From Paraspadella gotoi (Eukaryota; Animalia; Chaetognatha), in assembly GCA_051294375.1 (NCBI GenBank), contig CM119267.1:7916683-7980682 (forward strand): 64,000 nucleotides of DNA. Reading direction: 5' to 3'. The position numbers and the translations under genes are program-made. Numbering within the stretch: position 1 is the stretch's first letter; each line of letters starts with the position of its first letter. Shown here piece after piece: positions 27,069 to 40,548 of the stretch. Under the pieces are notes generated by a model. It saw nothing but the letters and a program-made list of their open reading frames with translations, had not been told where the DNA came from and searched no databases.

Positions 27069-28057
27069 CATGGCGTAGAAAAGGCTTTTTAATAGGCCTT
27101 TTTAGACGGAGTGTTAAGGGAGGCGTGAGGAATTGAAATCAAGGTGATGGAGAATGAAAAATATAGTGGTGAATGGTGAGTGGAGTGCCAGAGTGGCGAT
27201 TCGTTGAATGGTTGTGAAAGTGATACCAATTGTTAAAATATGCAGTCGTGTTAGTAAGAATAGTAATAATGAAATTGGTACAACCAATAATAATGAATAA
27301 TTTCCTGATATTATAATCTATATTATCTATATTATATTTGATAAACCGATTGAAAACAACAATCCCGCTTTCGCTAATTCCCTAATCTATTTCCCCAAAT
27401 GGATTTTGTTTTCACTTTAATTGAGTCCAACTCGTTAAAAGTGTTGTTAAAGGCTGACCCCCCCCCCTCCACCCAAAAAAAAATTGCATGACCGAAACTG
27501 TTTTCGCGATCCGGACGACGACGACGACGCCAACGACGACGACGACGACGACGATGATGATTAAGTAGGAAAAAGAGAGAAGGGATCTCACTCTCTGGCA
27601 TCGAGGCATCGAGAGACGGCGCGGCCGAGTCACGCCGAGGACCGAAACGGATATAAGCGAACCGACAACAGAAAACCGACGAGTTTCGGAGACGCGAAGA
27701 AATTGGCCGACGGAAATGGGGGGGGGGAAGGGGGGGAGGAGGAGGAGGAGGAGGAGGAGGAGGGTGAGATCGGGCTCGGGGGAAGGGTGTGGCTGGAGGA
27801 GATGGGTTCTCAAGCCCTTGGTCAACGGGGTGTTTACTCGAAGAAAGAAGGGTGATTACTGACTTAATCGACAATTCACAATGATGCACGGATGATTATA
27901 AATGGTATCCGGGAAAAATAGAATGCGTAGTATTGAGAAAAAGGAAAAGCTAAATTTCGGAAAAAAAATTAACCAAATAAACACACGCACGAAAAATGGA
28001 CAACAACAAATAATCAAGAAAAAAAATTGCACAAAAGCAAGAGAGAGAGAGAGAGAG

Positions 28058-28120
<63 letters not shown>

Positions 28121-28287
28121 AGAGACCGTGTCTGAATGGATAAAAAGAGGCGGAGTTCATCTTCACTTCATCTCCGTCTATCAACTTCCAATTTGACGAC
28201 GACGACGACGACGACGACGACGGCGACGATGAATCAAAACACCGGATCAAATCGGCCTCTTTTTCGCGCCCTTCGCTAATCGACAGC

Positions 28288-28363
<76 letters not shown>

Positions 28364-28980
28364 ACACCTTCTCGATTCCATCCTCCATTTGCATGTGAAT
28401 TGATTCGGATTGGGTTAAGCTGTTTGATAGCATCGGTGTGAATGGAGAGGCCATTGAGGAGAAGAAGGAAGAGGAGGAGGAGGAGGAGGAGGAAGAAGAA
28501 GAACGCGGAACTCGGCACTCGAGAATGATTCTAATTACAAGGGAATAACAAGGAGTCGGACTCAAGTCGACGATGGCAACGAAAAGTGGGAATCTATTTT
28601 TTTGGCGTTTTTTTTTCTTTTTTTTCGTGATTCGCTCTTTTATCTAATTTCTCTCTCTCTCTCTCGATTTTAAACTCTTTCGTTTAAATCTCGTATTAAT
28701 CTGTTCATAATACGATAATTAAATTTACCGAATTATTACTGAAGTGTTCATCGCCTAGAATCGTTTCCCTCACTTTGTTACGCGATTCCCTTTTGAGATT
28801 ATCTCACTTTGATCGCTTCCTCTTCCTCCTCCTCCTCCTCCTCATTTTGATTTCGAATCTCCTCAACATCCCTCCCCCCCTTTTTGGTGCCCCTTACTCT
28901 TCCCCCGCGATGACAGACCGCCAATCATTCGGTCGCTGCCTTCCGACAATGGCGCCACAGCCGATGACACCGAGTGGCGT

Positions 28981-29032
28981 GGCGCCACTCAAACTCACGT
29001 GACGCCGGCGCCACTCGCGGTCACGTGATGCC
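28981..29032. promoter_or_regulatory. 26-bp tandem duplication carrying two TCACGTGA E-boxes
   Basis: ggcgccactcaaacTCACGTGAcgcc / ggcgccactcgcggTCACGTGAtgcc, with CCAAT at 28921 in a CpG-rich patch. Confidence 0.35.
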
Positions 29033-29133
29033 GGCGGCCGCGTCACTCCGCATCATTTGACGCCAGGAGACGGAGAGGTCGACGACGCCGCGGGAGAGCG
29101 AGAGAGAGAGCGAGTCGATGAAGAGGTCAGCGA

Positions 29134-29257
<124 letters not shown>

Positions 29258-29995
29258 TAGGAGGAGCAAGGAAAATGTTTTACTTAGTTTGTGACGCGGA
29301 TGTGAATCAGTCACCGTGGAAAAGTCTGACTTTCAGGTTGTTGATCACGATTGGAGGACGTCGTCGCCGATGTTGACCTCGGTGACCTTTGATTGACCCC
29401 GAAGCCTTTTGGTATTTCGAGTATTTCAAGAGGTTTTTCTTCTGTTATATATATATATAATATTATATATAATATTAGGGGAGGGACGGTGAGAAGAAAA
29501 TTAGGAGCTGGTGAAGAAAGGTAAGAGTTGGGTCACGTTGCTGAAAAAAAAAGATCGAGGGGTTTAGAATTATCAGTTTTAAAACAATCGAAAAATTTTC
29601 AAGTGAAGTGACTGGACGATGCTCCCTCTGGTTATTTCTTATTGGCAGGTATGAAAATGGTACAAGTACAACCGATATAAAAATTATCTCTTCATTTAAA
29701 AAGTAAACTATCCTGCCCGTGACTTTGGACAAGGTATGGTGGGTTAAGGGCTCAATCCATCTTAAAAGATTACATCATAGCGGGGTCCAGGGGCCCTGCA
29801 ATTAAGACTCTCTCTCATTCTAGTTTATTCACTCCAAAAGTATATGTTTCAGTATGAAATATGTGTTCCGCGTCATTATCGTTCCACCCTTAGATCCTCG
29901 TTCAGCACCGCCAATTCCGCGCTCGTCATCCTCGTCAAATTCCAATCAAAATTGTTTTTCAAATTTTATTCAAATTTTCGTCTTGAAGACGCGAC

Positions 29996-30034
<39 letters not shown>

Positions 30035-32530
30035 AATTCGAAGGCCGTTGAAATTCCATTAGCGAGGAACCAAAACTTCGACGCCGTTGAATCAGGGGCG
30101 GCGTCGGCCCTCGCCGAAGAGAGCGCCGGTCGACGCCGGGGGGAGGGCGCCGCCTGAGAAACGGTCTTGATCGGAACTGGAATTTTCAAGGTTATGGTAG
30201 ACATAAATTCGTGGCGGGAAAATCCGATTTCAAAAGTTCACGTTGTAGAGAGAGACCGGAATGGAGCTCGCTCTCTCTTTTTCTCTCTGTCTTTGTTATT
30301 CCATTTTGGTTTTGAACGGATCTATCTGGAATAGTGTACTGCAGTCAGATCCCAAGTTTCGAAGCTAGCAAATAGTAATAAGCTGTAATTTTCACTCGTA
30401 CATAGTTTAATATTCTTGGTGTAAAGCTAACTACTACATTTCGGCAGGGCTTAATTCATATTATTTAGTCACTTTGATAAATTAAACCTAACAATCACAT
30501 TATGATACGATTAAAAAAAAAAACCAAGAACAAATGGTATCATCAAGAGATTTGGTGGACGAAAGAAAAAACCGATGACGTCAACGACGAAAAATGAGAC
30601 GCGAGTCTCGTCGCTCTGGACGCTGACGCCGCTGGCGCCAAAAATGACGCTGGCGCGAGGGCAAAAGCGACGGAGAAGGAGACGAATGACGTCTCGAAGC
30701 CTCGCGGCGAAGGAAAGAAAGATTATCTTATTTGTTGACAAAAAGTTTCGCCGGTCATTTTCGGTCCTGGAAATGAAATGATAGTCTGATACAAATGTTT
30801 TTTGTTTTTTTTTGACGAGGGCTATAACAAAGCGTTTTCAAAAACTCATCGGAAAATAAACAATAATATCCGGTTCCTTCATACAAATTCTCGAAAAGAA
30901 GGGCCAGGGAGAGAAAGAAAAAGGGAGAGAGATATACTGAGAGAGAGAGAAAGAGTGGAGAAAAAGAACGCTCAGAGTCATATCTCTCACTCTTTCTGGC
31001 TCCAAGAGGAAAAAGAAGCCGGGGTCGTCATTGCGAGGTCAGAGTTGAGAGGAGAGTCATCCATTATCTCGGCGCTACATCAATCACTCTCTCTTTCTCT
31101 CTTTCTCTCACTCTCTTTCTTCTTGGCCCCAACTGCCGTCCCCGCCAACGCTCAATACACCTGTTATAAACGACACCAAAGATCGCATCGCTCTCAAATG
31201 GGCAAGCTCATTAACTTTCCAAAACACTTCCTTCTCTTAGCTAACTCGGTCTGCACTCTTTATTCTTCAAACTTCGGCCACGGTTTAAATAAGTTTTCAT
31301 TTAGCACAAATTCTATTTTGATGATCTGTTGCGCTCGGTCTATCCCGAAACACTAATTTAAGAAAAAAAAGTTTTTCGTGTTTCTTTAAAAGAGGTAAGT
31401 TAGGGCCCTTATACAATTTTACAAATCCTTTATCTTTAATAAGGAGCTTTCTGAACATTGGTAATGCTAGCGGCCTCAAAGTTTGAGCCTGAAACGGCTA
31501 GGTTTCGGTTTTTTCATGTGTCAATGTTGGTACAGAGTTATAATTTTTCTGAGCTCATAAATTTAACCTCACAATGAAGCAAAACGAATCGTCTTTGTTC
31601 CTTCGAAAATAAACAATTGCGTTCCCAATTCTGAAAAAAAACAACTTCCCGTCGAGGTACTAGTTACATTGAATAGAAGTAAAAAATTTTCACAAAACAA
31701 CACAACCATCGATTGGACGAAACAATGTGTCGGCCATCGAGAAACACTCGTGATTGATGCGGTGCATATCTGTGGCTCGAACCGAACCAACTGCTTTGTC
31801 CCGTGACTCCGAAGAATACATTTCGACGCCGTCTCGCCATCGTCGTCCTCAATGTCGTCGTCGTCACCGATGTTCACATCCGAGTCTTTTGACTCTTGTC
31901 GATCTCCGTACGCGGTTGGCCTCAGCCGGTCGAAGGCAGGAATGCGGTATCTACTTTCTCACGGCCCCAGGGGTTCGTGTGGGAAGCCTCTGCATTTGAA
32001 ATCCCAATTAGTGAAAGGAAAATATCTAAATAAAGAATAAGTCTTGACATTTTTGTTAAACTTAATGCTCTATATATAGGATCCTTTCTTTCGTTGCGTT
32101 TGTTAATAGAGGCAAAGTTTTTATTTCGTTCAACAACGAGATTTTTATTTTCAAGTCTTCATCAGCGCCAAATTAGTTTGTGAAAATGGACATATTTTTT
32201 GTACAAATGTGAAGGAATGAGCGAGGACGAGAGGGAGAGAGAGAGAGAGAGAGAGGAAGGATGAGCAGAGATGATTCTCTTCGATCCCGAGAGATTATCT
32301 GTTGCACCCGAGACCCCTGAGCACCCGAGAGGAGAGAGAGAGAGACGAGGAGAAAAATAGTATAAATATAATAATTATATTTAACTTTGAGTTTTTTTTT
32401 GTGAAAGGTGATCATTATAAATATAATTTTTCAAAAAGCTTAACGCCGTTTTGTCGAAAACATCCGCAGATACTTCGTTTCCTGTTCAATAGAGTTCGCT
32501 CGAGTCCGTGTCGCTTTAAAACCAAAAGAG

Positions 32531-32585
<55 letters not shown>

Positions 32586-33764
32586 GTTATAGTAAAAGAG
32601 ATAATTGCTGATGTCTATCTTATAGTATTGTTGAGTAATAAATAAAATGATTTTTATAAATGTACATATCTTTCTTAATTGATTATAAATATTTTTGTTT
32701 TTGTTTTTTTGTTATTTTTCCGCTATTCTACAACGTTTTGCCTATACATAAATACAGCATATATTCTTTTTTATAAAAGTAACATGATGATGATGACTTT
32801 CAGGAATGCACGCAACAAATTAAATTTTGGTGAGCATATTCTGCGATTGTCCAACAAAAAACAAAACAAAACAAAAAAATGATATAAAAAATACTTCCTT
32901 TCCCTCGTTCACGAGATTCGCTTCAATTGTAATGTGCAGTGCGATTTCCTTAGGTTAGCTGCGACGCTGCTCCCAGCGCACCGGTCGCTGCTCCGGGTCA
33001 CCCGCCAACCCCGAAACGTGATTCAGCGCCGCAACGCCGCCCGGGGCCGAAATTCGAACCGGCGCCGCGACGCCAATGTTCGAACCGGAAAGCGGACCGG
33101 CGCCGGAATTCGAACCGGCCCCGAAACGCGATCCGACGCCTCAGCATCCAATCTTCGCTTTATGGCCGTTTTATTTCCGGTAAACAATAACAAAGGAACG
33201 ACGGAGGAATTCTCTTAACGCGCGACGACGACGACAACGACGACGACAACGACGACGACGACAACGATGACGACGACGACGACCCCGATGGTCGTAACTC
33301 AAATTTCGCGTCGCCAAATTCGGGGAAACCCGTCGCGAAGATGGAGAGCGAGACGTACGAATTGAACCATCGCGAAGATGGAGAGCGAGAGGAAAGAGTT
33401 GAACCGTTGATGTTTATTTCCGTTCAGGGATGTTCCGAGTACATTTCAGGCGTAAACCCAAGGAAAGTTTCGCTAGATATATATAAAATTTGAATAACCA
33501 AGGTAAAAATTATCCAATATTCATATACGATAACAAATTACGCTTTATACATATTGAATAAATCATGTCTTGTCGCGTGACTTGGGACGTGCTGGACTGG
33601 ATTAATATGTATGTATGGTAACTGCCAGTAAAGGAAAAAAAATGTTTCAAAAAAATAAAATACAACATTAAAGCTTTCCATAATGATAACTAATTATTAA
33701 CCAGATCAAATCATTACGCAATACATACATCTTAAGTCACTAAACCTTCGCACGCTTCATCGCG

Positions 33765-33818
<54 letters not shown>

Positions 33819-36190
33819 ATCTTTCGCGGCGCCGGATATAACAGCGCTCCTTTCCTCTTCCTCTTCCCCCTCCCATAGAGACACGCTGTTTTAAAATTTC
33901 AAGGAGCAATCACGTTGCCGGCTCTAATAATGCATCGAGTCCTTTCAATTATTTCGGCTCGCCGAAGTCCTTTTGCAATATTCCGCAAAGAGAGACTCAA
34001 TTATTCGCGAAAAAGGTTGAAACTTTAAAGAGGAAATCATCGGTTTCCCTGTAATATTGAAGTCCCTCTCTCTCCCTCTCTCGCTCTCTCTCGCTCTCAC
34101 GCGCCGCTTTCAATTACTAATGCGGCTTTTTCTCACTCACTCTCTCTCTCACACTCGCTCTTTTTTTTTCTCCCTCTCTCTCTCTATCTCTCTTCGCTTG
34201 TGTTGTCGTAATATTGAATGATTTTCTGCTCAATTATTTGCGGCGGCTCCGTGTTCCGGACGCCGCTGTTTTTTTTTTCCTTCTCTCTTTCTCGGCCGGC
34301 GTCACCGACGTCCCGAGTTTGTACATTCTTCCGTCAATAATGAATTTGAGCCAAAAAAGGGACGGAGAAAAGCGCAAAAGGGCGGGCGGGTCTTTTTGCA
34401 TGGGTCGACGGTTGGGAGAGAGAGAGAGAGAGAGAGAGAGAAAGTAAGATCGGCGCCACCTTCCCGGGAGTTTCGATTCCTCTTCCCTCTCCTCTTCCTC
34501 CTCTGGTCGAATCTTCATGTCTTCTTCCTCCTCCTCTTCCTCCGTCCGTTGCCCGGGAACCGAAACGCGCATGACGTCATGGCCGCAGTTTCGGTCGTCG
34601 TCGTCGTCATCGTCGGCGTCACTGTTCATTTTTCTCCCGACTTTTGATCAGAAATTCCTATTAACATATTCGGCGCATAATTAGAGAATATGTTTCGCCG
34701 TTAATTTTCCGGGTCCGGACGAATCCTTCGCATGTCTTTAGTTTCCGGTAACCGGATTCAGCGTCGGCGTGTAATTCTTAAAATCGCGCCTTCGTTTTAC
34801 TTTCGACGGCGTCTTTTTGTTTAACGACTTTTATGTTGGCGAGGGCAAGGTTGAGACGGCGCCGGTTCCCGTAAAAACGAAAAAAAACACCGTCGCACCG
34901 CAAAACTGCGACGCCGCTTTTCCGTTTTCCGCTCGACGCCGCCCGACGCCGCTTCGCCCGGTCGCGGGTTTTGAATTTTCTATGGCGCTCCTTAACTCGG
35001 GGCTCGCCCTCGTCGAGCGCGGCGCTCAAAAGGGGGCGCGGCGGCGGCTTTCGTTCCACGGGCGCTACCGGTTCCGGAAGAGGGCGCATGAAATTTTGAA
35101 TTCCGCGATGAATACGGAGTTAAGAGGAAAAGGGAATGAGGGGAAAGAAGAGGAGGAGCGAAAAACCGTGGTGGTTTAAAAAATGGCGACGAGAAAGACG
35201 ATAAAAAAATGTTGTGTAAGTTAAAACTTTTATTAATTTAGTGGTATCGTTAATTGTATTTCTCAATTAATTTATAATTAATTAAGTTCTCTGTTACTCA
35301 GACAGGACTCATCAAATGGCAAATGTCGAACGGCACCAGCCATTCGCCATTCGCCGACGCCAATGCCATCATCACCGAAAGGGGAGTTGGCGAAGTAGTT
35401 TTCTTTGTTTACTTTCCTTTCCTCTCTCGATCATTTCTCAGCCTTCCTTTCCCAGACTCATCGTTTCTCGCGCGCATCTAGTTATTTTTAGCGGGGCGCG
35501 TTTCCCCAGCCGCGGTTTTTATGGGGTTTTGACCCTTCGGGCCGCGGAACGGGGCTGCGGAAAGCCGGAACGGGGCTGCGAAAAGGGGGTTGGTCGAGGG
35601 AAAAGGCGAGATTTGGTTTCGTAGAGGCAGGCAATGTTTGCGAAAAACAATGGAACCTCACAAAGAAAACGACTTCCCATTTGACGCGTCCTACGCCTTA
35701 ATTTTTTTTTTTCGGCAGAGCGATGCGGTTTCTTCCAACGCCCCGTCGCCCCCCCCCAACTCCGCCCCTCGCATCCTCTCTCCCGCCTTTCATTTCCCTT
35801 TCTTCCTTTTTTCCTCCTTTCTGCCGCTTCCTTTTTTTAGTTCCGTAGTTTGTTTTCGCTTCGCCAGGCGTAATTCGAAAAACGGTCACCAGAGCGAATC
35901 ATTGAAAAAATTAGAAATTCAAAATAAAAAAAAAAGTCGAGAGAAAAAGTAATTAGCTGTTTCGTTATTCGCCCCGTCAGTCGGGGCGAAAGAGACAACG
36001 AGAGACCGAGAGAGAGAGAGATAGAGAATTTAACGAAAACTGTCTACTTTTAGAAAACCGGAAAGAAGTCACGTGACCGCGTTATAGACCTATGTCTCAT
36101 GTCTATGAGACATTAGTCTTTCAAAGCTTATTTAGCTGCTGCTTCTTTACAATCACATGTTAATATGGCTTTTGCATTATCTTTTCGTCT

Positions 36191-36286
<96 letters not shown>

Positions 36287-36976
36287 GAATCACGAGGCTC
36301 GGGCATTAATTTCAAAAGCGAAAAAAGAAGGAAAAGGTTTAGAGAGCGAGGGGGGGAGGGGAAACAATTCTTTATTCAAGGAGATTGCATTAAGTAGGTT
36401 TTCGCGTTTGAAACTGATCAAAAATTGATGCCCTCTTCAAAAATTATGACGCATGGGCAGGAGGCGGCCGCGCGACGCCGCCGACGCCCCCGACGCCGCG
36501 AGACGACGCCGACGACGGGAAAGATTCCTCCTTCGTCATTTCCGGACGGGAAAATTCAGATTCGCTTCTTCGCGAAAACTAAAAAAAAATTGTTTTATTT
36601 TGCAAAAAAAAGTTAGGAAACTTTAGGAAAATAGTAGAGGATTACGCGATATGAAACAACCGCGATATGAAAAGAAAATGAGAAAGAAAAAAAGAAACTT
36701 GTTTTGTCTGGCAAGAAAACATTTCACCGAAACTTTTTCGGAAAAAAACATTTTTTTTCTTCGGTCGGTTAATGGGCGTCATTGATAACGTCGACGCCGG
36801 CGTCGGCAACGTCTTCGGCGGCCATCGGCGGCGTCATCGTCGTCGGGCGGCGTCGGCGCCGACTTTATTGTTTATCGCGAAACGCCGAAGACGCCGGAAA
36901 AAAAAAAGGAGACGCTTTCGTGAAAAATGGTTAATTACCGGAAAAAAGCTACTAAAACGTATGAAAAATTGTTCTT

Positions 36977-37284
36977 TGTAGTTGCGCCGCGAGTACTTGC
37001 GGAGCAAATCTATAAGTCACTTTTCGGTCGGTTTGACTGTCGGTCCGTATGTCTGTCTGTCCGTCGGTCTCTCCCGCTTACGCGAAAAACGCTTAAAGAT
37101 TAGATTAATCTAATCTCATCTAATCTGTCATAAATACACAGGCTAAGAAAGTTATTGTCGTCATTCAGTCATGTCATGTTACGTAATGTCATTTCTTGTC
37201 ACGTCATGTCATGTCATGTCACGAAAAACGTACGTGATAAAGCAGTCACTGCGGCGCAACACATTTGAATTACCGTTCTTGTTT
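36977..37284 (+). mobile_element. Apparently complete DINE-1/HINE-like element (~310 bp)
   Basis: 5' hairpin ttgcgccgcgagtacttgcggagcaa, a (GTCY)-type tract at 37024-37070, an internal (CATGT)n tract, a subterminal inverted repeat GTTGCGCCGC (36981-36990) / GCGGCGCAAC (37251-37260), and T-rich ends with no TSD. Homologous to 7050-7176. Confidence 0.7.
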
Positions 37285-37635
37285 AAAAACATTTTAATAA
37301 AAACAATAGAATAGCCCAACATCGTGTAATGAGGCTTTCTGCAAAAAGATCTAGAGACAGTCGCAAGAGAACTAAATCGCATACATTTTCGAGAGGCGAT
37401 ATATTTCCTAAAGGTGGGAGCGAGAACGCCGCCGAGTTTTGACGTCGGCGTCAGTCTCTGGCGCCGATCGTAAATCAGACGCGCCGAAGAAAGCCGAGCG
37501 CCATTTGGAACCGGAAAAGACGACGACGACGAAAACGGCGACGATGATAGCGACGTTGACGAAGACGACGACGAATGCGCGAAAACTTCTACTAAAAGCG
37601 CATTCGGGGGGAGAATATATCAAAAGCCCGTTCAT

Positions 37636-37739
<104 letters not shown>

Positions 37740-38106
37740 GGATGCTTTATGATTATCCCTCGAGCTGTTGTAGCCTTGTCTCTGTTATGAAGATCTACGG
37801 ATTACGAAGTCGAGAAAAGTCGGCGACGAGGTTGGCAACGAAAACATAGCTAATCCAAATGTTTTGATTGCAGGAAGAGTATAGAATATAATACTAACAT
37901 TCTTGTGAGATATTTTAGAATAGGGAGGATAATATTTTTTAACATCGCATTTTTTTTCAAAAAACTCCTTAAAAGTCACCGCACGTTCTCTCTCTCTCTC
38001 TCTCTCTCCTCATCTCTCTTCTCTTCTTCTCTCCTCTCTGTCTCTCCGTCTCTCCTCTCTCCTCTCTCTCTCTCTTCTCTCTCTCTCTCTTCGCTCTCTC
38101 TCTCTC

Positions 38107-38148
<42 letters not shown>

Positions 38149-39356
38149 TCTCTCTCTCGCTCCTCCCTCTTTTAGCCCCTCAACTGCTTCGCTTCCTCTC
38201 ATTCCAATACCACCTACCTCCTCACTCTCATTCATCCTCGCATTCCTCTTCCTCCTCACTCTCACATCTCTCCTCTCTCTCCCGATCCTCCGTCGCTCTC
38301 TCTCTCCTCTCTCAAGTCTCGTCTCATTCGTCTCGTCCTCTCCATCCTCTCTTCTTCCTTTTTAAAATGGCCACCAGGTGAAGGCGCTCGCTTTCGGTCG
38401 TTTTGGCGCCTGAGAGGTATTTAAGGAGATGGAATCGGTTAATTGTCACTCTTTTCACGGAAGGGGAGTGGAAGGGGTGAAAGGGGCATGGAAGAGGGAC
38501 GTTGAGGAGCGGGCTCGTTTAATCGAGGGACGCGAAGATTCAATTAGGATTGTGGAAGGGCGCGGTGCTCGAAAGTCGGCGAGGAGGTGGAACGGTGAGG
38601 GAGTGTTTGGACGGATGGCGGGGCGGTAAGTTAGTAAGCAGAGGGGATGGAGAGTTGGCGACGTGTTGAGGTAGTGAGACGGTGAGTTGTCAGGAGTTTA
38701 ATGAGCTGAGCAGAGCGATCGTTTACCCTCGGGAAAGACCGTTAATTGAAAAGGAGAGTGAAAGTTCAGAGGAGCAAGAACTCGACTCGACCGGCGATTG
38801 GATTCCAAATCGGAATTGAAAGGAGTTTTATCACGAAGAGAATTTTTTTTTTGCCTACAGACTGGGAGACTGGTTGACACAGCGAAGAAAAGGACGCGTC
38901 GTAAATTAAAACCGTTGGTAGATTTTTTTATAAACATTTAGAAAGTCGAATGGTGAAAAAAAATGTAGAATTTTATCCGCCCAACTTTGCTTTTAGAATA
39001 AAAACAAATTCCGATGTGAACAGAAGGGATGAAAGGTTAGTAAACTTTGTTTTAAAAAATTAACGTAATAAACGTAAATCAGATTTGGCGAGATTTTATA
39101 CTAAATATGAAGTAAGTAAGTATGTACGAATTTGTAACGAACAAAAAAAGAGAAAAAGAAGTTAGATCCAACGAGATAGAATTGACTTCACCCGTAATAA
39201 AAAAACAGTTACCGCCTGTCATTCTCTTCAAATTAGGGGGAAAAAAAAACCGAATAACCAAGACGAAAAGCGAAAAAAATATGCAGTAAATTGTTTAACG
39301 GAAAAACATGCGGACGCAGTAAGGACAAAAAAAAGGAAATTAAGATTTGAACTCAC

Positions 39357-39542
39357 GCAGTGAGAATAAACCGGATTGATTGCCGATTGCAGAAAGGCCG
39401 GACCGTGGGGGTGACGGGGGAGCTGTGGGGGCGGAGGAGGAGGAGGAGGAGGGGGAGGATGGGGCGCCGCTCCGTGGGTGACGTGTCCGAAGGCGGCCAC
39501 GGCGGCGGCGGCTGCACGCGCCTGCGCCGTGGCGTCCGAGGC
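39357..39542 (-). CDS. Internal coding exon (62 aa, ASDATAQARAAAAAVAAFGH...PAFLQSAINPVYSHC) of an unidentified Ala/Pro-rich, TF-like protein
   Basis: Acceptor cctcttgtccacAG at 39543-39544 and donor GTGAGT at 39356-39351. It is 186 bp, phase 0/0, and in frame with the upstream exon. Confidence 0.65.
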
Positions 39543-39591
39543 CTGTGGACAAGAGGATGGGACGAACAAAAATTTATCGATTTATTTATTA

Positions 39592-39594
<3 letters not shown>

Positions 39595-39655
<61 letters not shown>

Positions 39656-39690
39656 TTGATGATGTTGATGATGATGATGATGATGATGAC
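39595..39690. repeat. (GAT)n microsatellite inside a predicted 174-bp intron (39543-39716)
   Basis: Direct reading. It explains the poly-H, poly-D and poly-S ORF artefacts here. Confidence 0.9.
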
Positions 39691-39716
39691 AATATGACAT
39701 ATAAAAAATAACGAAC

Positions 39717-40111
39717 CTCCGACAAAGATTGCCTCCGGTGCCCATTGGTCGCGACGTGCCCGCCCATTCCCGCCAAACCGCCGCCATTGATTCCCGCTAC
39801 GCCGCCTCCTCCACCGCCGCTTCCCAAAAGGTCCGTCTCCAGCGGCGGCGGCGGCGCGGTCGCTCGCCGCCACGGCCCCTTGCAGACAGTTCATGAAGGA
39901 AGGAAACGGGTGTGCGGGCGGCGCGGGGCCGCCCAGCGCCGCCGCCCGCCACCGCCGCCGCCTCCCCGGCCCGCGAGCGGCGAAAGCGTCGGTGACTCCG
40001 TCTTGACCTGAACGGATCCGGGGAAGCGCGGGACTTCCGTGGTGGCGGTGAGGATCGAGGGTGCTGGTGGAGAGGGGATGGGGTGATGGGGTCAAGGATT
40101 GAGTCTCTCTA
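39717..40111 (-). CDS. Coding exon of the same gene with apparent frameshifts (…VQVKTESPTLSP…AHPFPSFMNCLQGAVAA…GGHVATNGHRRQSLSE)
   Basis: GC-rich, with acceptor ttttAG at 40112-40113 and donor GAG|GTTCGT at 39716 in phase 0. Protein-like text switches between frames about twice. Confidence 0.5.
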
Positions 40112-40548
40112 CTAAAACATTAAGGTTCTAATGTAATTCGTAAAAGGTTCTAATTGGGGTAGTGGGTACATTATGAAAACCGCTCCCTAACAGAAAATCC
40201 TGTACAAGATTGTATTTTGTCTGGCTGAGGAGAAAGCCGGAATAAAATGATAAAGATACTCGATCATTATCAATTATATTTATAAAGTCGGTTTGTTTCT
40301 CTACGAGTGGTAAGATGTAAGATAATTTTTCGCAATAACTCTTTCAACCTATTAATTAATCACCAGATCTAGGCTACAGTCTTGCTCTCCTTGATTTTCT
40401 GTTTAACTCTTCGTCAGGCTTTAAAGTTTCGAATTTTTCCTTGTGGCGTTTAGTCTCGTTTAAGCCTCAAAGTTAAGACGTCACTCTTCTTTTCAAGTTC
40501 ACAAGTAAGACACACATCCCTAAAAAGAAAGAGGGCAAACTCGGTTAC

